In this document: positions 34,300 to 47,575 of the stretch, piece by piece | Numbering within the stretch: position 1 is the first letter of the stretch | Layout of the letters: each line of letters starts with the position of its first letter | Assembly (NCBI RefSeq): GCF_009914755.1 | Contig: NC_060937.1 | Reading direction: 5' to 3' (one strand) | DNA length: 64,000 nucleotides | Source: the human T2T-CHM13v2.0 reference genome, Homo sapiens | Translations under genes and position numbers: made by a program | The notes under the pieces: generated by a model | The model's database searches: none | What the model saw: the letters and a program-made list of their open reading frames with translations, nothing else | What the model was told of the DNA's origin: nothing

Positions 34300-35512
34300 A
34301 AATGGGGCCCTCTGTTCTGTCCTGCAGTCCTACCACATTCTCCTAGTTTGCTCATTCTCCTACAGGACTCTCATACTTCTCCCCATAAGCCTGACATCTC
34401 CCCTCTCATCCTCATCCTCAGCTGACATGACTTCCTATTTCACTGAGAACCAGAATCACTTGAAAAGAACCTCCACAAGCTCTCCCCACCACGTCTCCTT
34501 GCCTATTACAGAGAGGCCTGTGGATGCAATCTTCTCTGGATCAAAGGTCCAAGACCCTATAGAAAGCAGAGCCCTTGCTCTGTCACTAGATCCCACTGCT
34601 CCACCTACTAAGGGGCCCTGCTCTACCAACTGTCCCCTGCATCACTGGCTTGTTCCCCTTCACTGAGTCATTTGCATCATTAGACAAGCTTCCATTTCCC
34701 ACATCTTAAAAAAGTAAAGATGTTTTACCTCAAATGCCCCAAAGCTCTTCCTTTTTATCTTTATAATAAAATTACCATGAAAAGCTGCCTCTATTCCCCA
34801 TCTTCAGTTCCTCTACTTCCACGCTCCGATCAGACTTCCCGCCTCACTGCGCTAAAACTGCTTGCCAAGGCCCCTCCGGCGTTCTCATCGCCAAACCCAC
34901 TCGTCAGTTCTCAGTCCTCGTGCAGACGTGCCAGCAGCATCTGGTGTGGTTCGGACTTCTTCCTTCCTGTTTCGCTTTCTTTCCCAGCCTGCAGGAAACG
35001 GTCTGCTGGTTTCTCTCTTCCGTTACTGCTCACTCCTCTTCAGTCTCCTTTGCTGGTGTCTCCTTATCTCCTTAACCTCTAAGCACAGAGTGCTCAGGAC
35101 TTAATCTTCAAACCTGTCTCACGTCACTGCCTCATAGCTTTGACTTCAGCACATTTCTCTCTGACTTCCAGGCTTGCTTATCCAATTTGCTTATTAGACA
35201 TTTCCATTTGGATGTCTAATAGACATCACATACTTCTCATATTCAAAACCAAATTTCTGATATTTCCCCCAAAATGTTGCTCCTATCTTCTATATCTCAA
35301 TAGATGCCACTTTCATCCTTACAGCTGCTGAGGGACAGAACCTCCTCAGTCGTCTTTTTTTTCCTCACATCTAATCCATCCGCACATCCTGTTGGCTCTA
35401 CTTTCAAAATGTATTCAAAATCTTAACCACTTTTTACCATCCCCACAGGTGATAACTTGGACCAATCCACCATCATCACTTACTGGATTATACAGCCTCC
35501 TAAGTACCCTCC

Positions 35513-35552
<40 letters not shown>

Positions 35553-35602
35553 TCTCTCTCTCACCCTCTCTCTCTCTCCACACACACACACACACACACA
35601 CA

Positions 35603-35643
<41 letters not shown>

Positions 35644-36260
35644 TCTCTCTCTCACCCTCTCTCTCTCTCCCTACCTCCCTCCCTCCCTCCTCAACACAGC
35701 AGCCAGGAGGCAGGAGGATTACTTCAAATGCCCATCATATCTGCTCCTCTCCAAACCCTCTGATGGCCACTCACCTTGGAACTCTGATTCCTGAAACTTG
35801 CCTATGGACTCTGCAGGCCCTGCCTCCTCCCACACACGCCACTGTGCACCTCCACCGCACCATCTCCCTGCCTCATCAGCTACTTCCCTCCCCACTGTGC
35901 TCCCTCCACACCGGGCTTGCTTTTCCCAGAACACACCACCCACACCTCCTTCAGGTCTCTGCTTGAGTCACCTGCTCACTGATGTCTTGCCTCCCTGACC
36001 ATTCTATTTAAAATTTCAACTTTCATCTCAGGATGGCATTCCCTAGGCTGTCTTCCCTGTCTTACTTCTTTCCATATCACTTGTCACCATCTGACATACT
36101 ATATATCCTATTCATTTATTGATCACCTATCTCCCCTCACCAGAAATTCCCATGAGAGCAGAGATTTTGGATTGTTTTGTTCATTTGCAGTACCCCAGTG
36201 CGTAGGGCAGTGCCAGGCATGTAGCAGGCACTCAGTGAATATTTGTTGAATCCATGCATA
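34300..36260 (+). mobile_element. Long degenerate L2 element
   Basis: L2 motifs CTTCCTATTTCACTGAGAA, CCATTTGGATGTCTAATAGACATC, and 3' end GCACTCAGTGAATATTTGTTGAAT. Confidence 0.7.
35516..35690. repeat. Compound (CA)n/(CT)n microsatellite
   Basis: Two CA runs, each followed by CT runs. Confidence 0.95.
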
Positions 36261-36289
36261 AATACTCCTGATTTCAAAATACTGAGGAC

Positions 36290-36520
36290 AATGGAGAATT
36301 GTAGTTAAACATGCGGTTTTAAAATGTGCCCAATCTTGGACTGTATCCCAGTTTTGCAGTTTACTAGTTTACTCAGATTACTTAATCTTTCCAAGCTTCA
36401 GTTTTCTCATTTATAAACTGGATCTAATATAATAATGCCTATGTCATATAAGGTTGTTTTGAGGAGTAAATGAAACATGAACTGTGCTTAGAATAATCCC
36501 TGGCTCATATTAATTATGTA
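36290..36520 (+). mobile_element. MIR
   Basis: TTACTTAATCTTTCCAAGCTTCAGTTTTCTCATTTATAAA core. Confidence 0.65.
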
Positions 36521-38385
36521 CTAAGTGACAGTCCAGCATGAGGGATAATAATTTGCTGAAAGAGCCCATTTCTTGCTTATTTGAGCCAGGCAAATCAAAT
36601 ACAGCACTGTTCTTTATTTACGAAAGCTTGTATTTTACATTAAGTACATATACAGTCTATTTTACTTATAGTCTATTATACTAATTTAGGGTACAGCAAT
36701 TAGCTGGACAGGCTGTAGTACAACAGTGCATCTCTATAGGCAAAACTGAACATCCATGAAAGGGGTATTTAGTAGGTACCTACTCTGTGTCAGACACCGT
36801 CCTAGGCGCTGGGGATATGGTTGTGAGCAAAACAAAGTCCCTGCCATGCCTCAAAGAGCTTACTTTCTAGAAAACAGAGAGCTGGAAGGTAGCCAGACAA
36901 ATAATTCACATAAATAGAGAATATAAAAAAGTATTAAAAATGAAGCCTGATTCAGATGCAAACACCACGTGCCACCATCTTGACATCTGAGATGGCCCTC
37001 CATCACCGTGGCTCATCACTGTGATGCTCAAGAATGGACTAGGAAAAGTGCATGGATTTTGTCTGACCATGAAACATTCTGTGTTGTAAGTGCCCAATAT
37101 GTTATTGCCTTGATATAAAACATTCACTGTGCTGTTAAATGTCATTGTTTTGAGGTAGTACTTTTTTTTTAATGTTAAGTGAAAAAAAATCTAGGTTTCA
37201 AGTATTTACAAATATATAATGTGACATAAAACAAAAACTCAGAAGCTGTTATATGAAAGTGCTAATGTTCTCTGGTTGATGAGTCATTACCTTCCTCACT
37301 TTTTGTCTTTTACAAATTTTCTTTAATAAGCATAGTATTATTTATGTAAACAGAAAAAAAGTTATAACCTTTCATCTACTAAAATGTCTCTGTTTTCTTT
37401 GACCAAAGGAGAGGATATCCTTATACCAAAAGGAAACTGACTCGAAGATGTTACAGCCTGTTTCCTAAAGATTTGGTTCTAAGATTGGTTTTCTTTCCTT
37501 TCTTTATTATCATAACAATACATGGTCACTGTAAAAGTTAAAAAAAAATAAGCAAAGAGAAGAAAATAAAAATCACCCACAATCCCACCATTCAATGATA
37601 ACCACTAAGCATAGTTTTCAGTCTTTTTTTCTATGTAGATAATGAATTTTAGTTTTTTATTCAGCTATTTATACTTTTTCAAAAAATAAAAATAGGATAA
37701 GTTTTTCACTTAGTGATATATCTTGAATAGCTGCATAATTTCTTGATATTAACATTTTATAAACAAGCCTCCACTATTCACACTAACCTTTTTCTGATTT
37801 TTCAAAATTATAAACTGCTGAAGTAAACACCTTTGAAGCTAAGTCTTTGTGCAAATCCATGATTAATTCCTCAAGATAAATACTTGTGAGTGAATTCCTT
37901 GAAGAATTATGTCTTTAATTTAAGGTGCTTAATACATATTATACCAAATTGTTCTCCATACCAATTTGTACTCTCATCAGCAGTTTAGGAGAACACCATT
38001 ATTCTGATCCTATACATTATCTCTAAAAATATATTCCTGCTTTGACAGGTGAAAAGTTATACCTTGTTTTCATTTATGTTTTTTGTCTATTTATAGAGCC
38101 ATTTGTTCTTTGGTCCATTTCTTTCAACCAAACTGTTCCTATTGTCTTTTTGTTTTTCACTCTGGTAAACAGACTTCATTATATGTTGCAAGTATTTTTC
38201 CCAGTGTCTCATTACTTTGTAAGTTTCTCTATGGTATTTTTAAGTGGATAAAAGTTTCTTATCTTTTTAAATCAGAGCTATAAATCCTTTATGGCTTCTG
38301 CCTTTGATGTCCATCCCAACATTATATAAATACTTGCTTATACGTTGTCTAGTACTCTTGTTACTTCATTTTTTAAAAAATATTA

Positions 38386-38667
<282 letters not shown>

Positions 38668-38991
38668 TTACAGTTGCTCACTCAGCCACTCAGAGATGAT
38701 TTTGACACTATTTTAGATATAATCCTCAGTGAAGCACTGCATAGACTGATGCTGACTGACACTTACACTTCAGTGTGGGGCTCTACCCAGGATGGCAGCC
38801 AAGCTGAGCAAACATGATACACAAATCATTAGCTGTTGAAAAACAGGAGCACAGGGAAAATAGCTTTAATATTTTTTTCCTAGGAAAAAAGCATGTGCGC
38901 CTTGAATGACCCCTTCCCCTGCAATCTCAATGTCAGCTTCTCCTGGGCCACTCCCAGGAGCACACACACATGCTGTAAGAGTGCCCGCCGT

Positions 38992-39161
38992 GAAAAGAAA
39001 GAAAAGAAAAGAAGAAAAGAAAACAAAAGAGAAGAAAAGAAGAGAGGACAGGAGAGGGAGGGGAGGGGAAGGGAGGGGAGAAGAGAAGAGGGGAGGGGAG
39101 AGGAGGGGAGGGGAGAGGAGGGGAGGGGAGAGGAGGAGAGGGGAGAGGAGGGGAGGGGAGA
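38992..39161. repeat. Polypurine tract (GAAAA)n grading into (GGGGA/GAGGA)n
   Basis: ~170 bp almost entirely A/G on +. Confidence 0.95.
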
Positions 39162-40651
39162 CCCTTTCATGGACACGTGTCTTCCTCCTGTTACCCTATC
39201 CCACTGCTCCTCTCTACAGCAAAACTCCTAGACAGAGCTATCTGTATCTGCTGTCTCCATTTTCCCACCTCCCATTCTGACCTCAAGCCATTACAAGCAG
39301 AACCCCATCCCCACCACTACTGCAGTCACACCCTTGGTGGTCACACCTGTGGCAGTCACAGTGGCTTTGAGGGTGCAATATTCTCTGGTTTCCTCTTACT
39401 CGACATTTACACAGAATTTGATATGGTTGATAATGCTCTCCTTAGGACACTTTGTCACTTGCTTGCATTTTTCTTCTCTTTAATTAGTTGCTCCTCAGTT
39501 CTCTAGGCTGGATCATTTTTCCTGACTTCCAAATGTTTGAGTGCCCCAGGGTTAAATCCTCAGACACTTTCCTCACTTACTTCCCAAAACCCCAGCCCCA
39601 GGGTTTTAAATATCATCTATATATGCAGGTGAGTCCTGTTATATTACCTGTCACCTATTTTCAAGTAATTCAACGTAGACTGGGTGAGGTGACATATGTA
39701 AATTAATTTTAATCTACCCCAAGGAATGATAGGAAGTACTCTAATTGAAGCAGTCAATCAGCATCTGAAAGATCCTATTTGTTTTTCTGAATCTTCATTA
39801 CAGGATTTGTAATTAGCATAAAGAATGTCAGAATTAGTTTGTCATTGCTGAAATGAGTGGTAGCCAGGATCAAAAGGCTAGCTGAATCCGGCTACTAGAA
39901 CACTGTCATGTCCACCTCAAGCTAACTTTTCATGCAAGGTACTTAATAGAGTGTACGAAGTATAAAGAGCAGGGATTTCATCAATTTTACCATATTAATT
40001 GTTTTTGTGTCTATCTGCTAATAAATCTTATACATGTGGTAGACTTTGGTTGGAAACTTGCTTTTTTAATAACAAATATTATCAAAGTTATAGAGGAAAG
40101 ACAGATAGCCCACTGGAGGACACTGAAATCTTGAGTTGTGAATGGCTTCATTGTTTTTGGCCCCAAGCTTCAGACACACATGCAAGCTGCACTGCCCTAA
40201 GAGAGGACTCTGCCCCAAGCCCCAGCTCTGCGCCTCCTCCACGCACACCTTCAGCACAGGGTGGCTAAGGAGCCACATGCCCACTTCTAGACCACACTTT
40301 GGGTACCTGGGAACCTGGGACTGCCTGCATAATTGGCCTTGAGGCCACATGTGTGGGTATTTCCTCCCTTAGACCCCACCACCAATGTGCAGACCCCCTG
40401 GCCCAAAAGGGTAACCTGGGTTGGGGGTGGATAGAGCTTGGAATGCAAGCTAGGGTGCCCACACACCCTTCTGCTGGAGGAGGGGTCTGTCCTGCCTGTG
40501 CCATTGGGTTCTGGCACAAGAAGTCCTGCAACTCTAAATGTCAACTAAAATTGAAACCTGTCCTTTCAGTTCTTAATGAAATTACATTTTTCAAGGTGGG
40601 AGGATTGGACATATTTTTATCTGAAGTTCACTAGCTTGACATATAACTTTA

Positions 40652-41305
<654 letters not shown>

Positions 41306-41407
41306 TCATCTCACACCTGAACCAATATAATAACTGATGTTTTAAACACAGATCACATCTCTCCTGTGGCAGAAGCTGCTAGTTGCCTCTCTCCCGACCC
41401 CCACCCC

Positions 41408-41408
<1 letters not shown>

Positions 41409-41481
<73 letters not shown>
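41409..41481. repeat. (CA)n(CT)n(CA)n microsatellite
   Basis: Visible directly. Confidence 0.95.
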
Positions 41482-41917
41482 TCCATTCTTCCTTTCTACT
41501 GAAACCACAGAATTTTTAGCCAAGCTACGGCCCTCTGGAAATGCCCATTTTCCCAGCCTCCTAAGCCACTGGGCACAGACTTGACTGACTCAGGCCCACA
41601 GTCTGAAATAAGTGGAATTCCTGGGCCCTGCTGGTGGAGACACGGGGATCTGCTGCATGGCCCTCAGTCTCTGTCCCTTCCTCCATGCTGCTGCCTGCAA
41701 TGCTCCACGGTGGTGATGATTTGATTCTTCTCTCTCTTATCTGTCCAGTCAACCTTTGTAATAAAGTAGTAACAAGGGAAACGTGTTTGGATTCAACACA
41801 CACAAAAAGAAATACTTCTGTAATTACCCTCACAGTGACTTTCTTTTAGGTTCTATAGAAACCACCTTGTCAGTTCCTCAACATTTTGCCAAGTTTTTGG
41901 AAGTCTTTGGCAATTAC

Positions 41918-42057
41918 CTACTGCCTCCTCAGGAGAAAGGCTGATGCTGTCTGTGTATAGGTATTCCAGGAAGGCCCGGTAAACAGGATATGAAAATTCA
42001 CTCATTTCTACAATATCATCCTCGTTATCTTCCAATGACGAACGAAAATGCTCACAT
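41918..42057 (-). CDS. RCBTB2: RCBTB2 exon (BTB)
   Basis: 140 bp; CEHFRSSLEDNEDDIVEMSEFSYPVYRAFLEYLYTDSISLSPEEAV. Confidence 0.96.
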
Positions 42058-42397
42058 CTGAAGGAAAAAAGCAGTATGTCAGGTCCTAGCTTCCCAGCCA
42101 GGACAGATGGCCTCTGTGAGGACCACGTTCTTCTCTCGAAGGTGCACGCTGGCACGTCCCTGCTGTGGCTCCTCACTTTCTTTGCTGGCCAGGGTTTTCA
42201 AACAATCATCTATTCAGCAAGGCTGTATATACAAACCTGCTGCCAGGGGTGGCCTGGGAAGCAGCCCCAATGGCCGTGCTAATGGGGACAGAGCTGGGCT
42301 CCCTGGCATCTCTCTCACACCACAACCACTGTCAGCATTTAGAGAAATCAGTGGGTTTATTTTTATAAAATCTAAGTAATTCTGTTTCCTCACTCCA

Positions 42398-43120
<723 letters not shown>

Positions 43121-44037
43121 CAAATCCACCCCCCTTCTTTCATGCAGGTTGATGTGATATAGAGAGAGTGAGCAAACGCTGCACAGCTTGATCTTACTAA
43201 AGAGGAACTTGAGACTAAAATGCTGTGTTGAGTGTGTGACTCACTGCAGTAGGATTTAAATATCTGTTACACAACAACATAATGAATTTCAAAATCATCA
43301 TGTAAAAGAAAGAAGCCAAGCACAAATGAATGCATCCTGTATCATCCCATCTAAATACACTCTAGAAAATGCTAACTCAGCTACAGTGACAGAAGGAGCT
43401 GCGGTCACCCAGGGCTAGGACATGAGGGGTCTTTGAAGGGTGATGGGAATGTTCTCTGTCTGGATGTGGGGCAGTGGTTTCACAGGCGTAGACATGTGTC
43501 AGCACTCATCAAACTGCACATTTGAAATGCACACAGCTCATTGCTCAAAAACATTCACAAATGTGATTTTTTAAAATCTCTGTGCTAGCCTCACTATAGA
43601 CCTTTTTGGTCTGGAAAGGCCTTGATCTTCTCTTTCTTAAACCATCTAAAAGTACGCCACAAGTGATTATAAGAAGGTGATTATTAAGAGCTGAGCTTGA
43701 TTCCCAGGCAGAAACGGTAACTGATGGACGTCCAAGTATCAATACAGTGTTCAGAGCACAGGACACACTTGGAGCGTGCGCTGGCTGCTCCCTGCTGCCA
43801 AGGTGACCACGCCACTTTTCAAGCCTAAGGAACGCCTATGGTACTGGTTCCCGGAACCACACAACCTGTGTTATTTCTTGTTTCATGTATATTTCTCCCC
43901 GCTCCACTGTATGCTTGTAAGAGCAAAAACAGCCTTACAATTTTTCTTGATTACTGAGGTGCCTAATATAGTTGGACACTTAGAATATAATTGTTGAACG
44001 AATTACTTTTCTCAATTCTCAAATAAATGATTCCTTA

Positions 44038-44235
<198 letters not shown>

Positions 44236-44502
44236 CTACTCTACTGGTACTCATGAAAGTACCAATTCCTCAAAATAACTGAGCAACTGAGCAATGGATT
44301 TTTTCCCCTGAAGACAGATTTGCATCTCTGTAATCATTAAGAATAAGAATCTCACAAATATCTGCTTATAAATCTGGCAAAATAACAAGAAAAAGTCCCA
44401 AGCCACATCACTAATTTTGCATGAAATTTTAAACATTTGAGTAAATACGCTAGTTAAAAGTAAAAAACAGTTTCTCAGTAAAATTAAAAAGCACTCAAAT
44501 AA

Positions 44503-44813
44503 GGATAGGGCACAATGGCTCACACCTGTGATCCCAACACTTTGGCAGGGGCAGAGACAGAAAGATGGTCTGAGGCCCACGGTTTAAGACCAGCCTGGGC
44601 AACACAGAGAGACCCCACCTCCAAAGAAAGTTTCTTTAAATTAGCCAGGCATGGTAATGGGTATGTATAGTCCCAGCTACTCAATAGGCTAAGGCAAAAG
44701 GATCGCTTGAACCCAGGGGCTGAAGGGTACAGCGAGTTATGATTGCACCACCGCACTCCAGCCTGGGCAACAGAGCAAGACCTCATCTTTCTCTCTTAAA
44801 GAAAAAAAAAAAA
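44503..44813 (+). mobile_element. AluJ-like
   Basis: Diverged Alu with A tail. Confidence 0.85.
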
Positions 44814-44922
44814 GTAGTCAAATAAAATTACTTTTAGTTTAGTACTGGTGTTGATTTCTGATGCTCTGAAGAAAATAAAATTAGTTCCCTTTTGTAGAAG
44901 CCCATCAGAGAGAAATAAATTA

Positions 44923-45285
<363 letters not shown>

Positions 45286-45841
45286 TTAACTGATGTGGGA
45301 CATCATAAAATTACAAAAAGGGTCAGGAAAAGGAAAAAACAAAACAAAACAAACCACCACATGACTCATACACCTCATCTCCTAAATTATCAGGCACCAA
45401 ACCGTTATTTACATTTAAGCCACACTTCAATGGCACTTATAACTCATGAAGATCTGTTTGTACCACTTCTAGCCAGTAGGCCTATAAAAATATGCACCAT
45501 CCTGTTTTGAAATTCAAGTATAACCCAAGAGAGTAGTGGTCCCCCCTACCAAAAAAGGGTGGTTTAAAATTTTTCCCCCTAAAACATCACTTACTGAAGA
45601 AAATAATAAAGATTTGGGTCATCTGGACTGAGGGCCAATAAATAAATATTTTAATGAAGACTTCACCAATTTTTAGAATGCTATGGGTCATTCCAACTCC
45701 TATTGCACAGAGTAAATTCAGTAGTTCTACCACACTGGGCTGTATGACCTGGAGCCCAGGAGAGCAGTTTCCTAGGATCACTATGTGATATGCCCTACTG
45801 CTCTAAGTTCACGATTGATGAGGAGGTAATTCTCAGAACAA

Positions 45842-46145
45842 TTTTTTTTTTTTAAGACAGAGGAGTCTTGCCTTGTCACCCAGGCTAGAGTGCAGTGGCA
45901 CAATCTTGGATCTTGGCTCACTGCAACCTCTGCTTCCCAGGCTCAAGCGATCCTCCTACCTCAGCCTCTGTAGTAGCTGGGACTACAGGTGCAAGCCACC
46001 ACACCTGACTAACTTTTGTATTTTTTGTAGAGACAAGGTTTTGCCATGTTGCCCAGGTTGGTCTTGAACTCCAGAGCTCAAATGATCCGCCCACCTTGGC
46101 CTCCCAGAGTGCTGGGATTACAGGTGTGAGACACTGCACCCGGCC
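45842..46145 (-). mobile_element. AluJ-like
   Basis: Antisense Alu; TCAGAACA flanking repeat. Confidence 0.9.
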
Positions 46146-47289
46146 TCAGAACACTTCTTAATGGAAAACATTGTCTTGTTGATCTGGAAGTAATTTCTTT
46201 TCCATCAGAATAAGCCACCATACAGATTGAAGGAAAATGGTAAACTCTTTTAACCCAGGGGAAGTCCCCATCTTGATTTTGCTACAGCAGACAATGGTAC
46301 CAGCATCCTCAGAGACTTAGGCTCAGAACTTCAGGGTCATCTTTGACTTCTCCCTCCTCATTTACCACTTTCTTTAGAATATCCAGTTAAATAACAAAGA
46401 TGCTTTCTTTGTAATGTCTCCCCTCAGCCACCACTGGGGGGTCAGGTACACCCCACATCTGGCCCCTGTAACAGCCTCCCAGGTCTCCCTTGCCTTAGAC
46501 TCTCTCTTCTGCCCCAACTCACACAGTGCTGGCAGGTTAATCATCCTCTTGGAACACCGTTCTCATCAGAACTTTCACACGGGCAGTGGCTTCTCTCAGA
46601 TAAAATCCTGACACAAGACATAACTCCATCCATGATTTGGCGTCACCTCTGTACAGACATCTCACAAGTCAATTTTGTCCACACACCCTGTTTCAACAAA
46701 CAGGCTTTCTCATTGACCTTCAATGACTTCATACATGGTTGTTCAGGAATGTTCTTTCTCTCTGCCTTACAAACCCTACCCATCTTGTAAGGCCCAGTTC
46801 AAACTGCCCCAAGTTTGAGGTCTCCCGCTCACCTGAGCTCCTGCAGCACTTCCTGTCCACACCATTCCAGCCTGGCCCTGTTACTTTATGCATCCGTTTC
46901 ACCTGTTCAGCGAGATGACCAGTTTCTGGCAGGCCTAATCACTGGCTTAATTCTCTCTAAGCACATAACGTGGTGTCTTACTGAATATAATCTATGGGTC
47001 ACTTTACTGACTGAGGAAGACTCAACAACACAGAGCAAAGGTTGTGTAAGACCCCACTGACACGGGCTAGCACCTGAAGGGTGAGGATGATCCTCCACTG
47101 CCTCCTTTAGGCAGTTGCTCTCAAACCAGGAGGGAGGTGTTATCACAGAACCTGGAGCTTGTACCGGCTCGCCTCAGAGGCTGAGACATGCTGTTCTCAT
47201 GTGCGGTAATCTCACTGACTTATTATGAGGATCGTTCTTAGCCCTTGAAAACCACCCAAAAATACTAGAGGAAAAAAAGGCTACGATGG

Positions 47290-47575
47290 CCCACAGTGGA
47301 GAGCTCAGGATTTGGAGTCAAACCTAGGTTTGTTTTTTATTTCTTTCTTTTTTTTTTTTTTTCTTGCAGCTCCAGCTCAAAGGAAAACAAAAACTGGGTT
47401 TGAATCCTCGCTCTACCACTAGGCTGCGTGACTAGCACTAGGCTGCGTGACTAGGGGAATGTCACTTAGCACCTAGGAGCCTTGGTTTCATCACATTGCA
47501 AGGGTGGTGTGAGAATCAAGTGATAAAATGTTAAGTGCCAACCAGGCACAATGTCTGGGTGCAAATGGTTGCATG
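47290..47575 (+). mobile_element. MIR carrying secondary insertions
   Basis: TTTGGAGTCA...CTGGGTTTGAATCC...CTCTACCACT...GTCACTTAGCACC...GCCTTGGTTTCATCA. Confidence 0.7.

Noticed and set aside
35392-35998. 123-169 aa ORFs rich in HT/SL dipeptides (and the purine-tract ORFs at 38880-39280)
   Set aside because: Open only because microsatellites lack stop codons
40060-40545. GC-richer intronic segment with overlapping ORFs
   Set aside because: No recognisable protein or coherent splice structure; probably an old repeat that I cannot assign without Dfam
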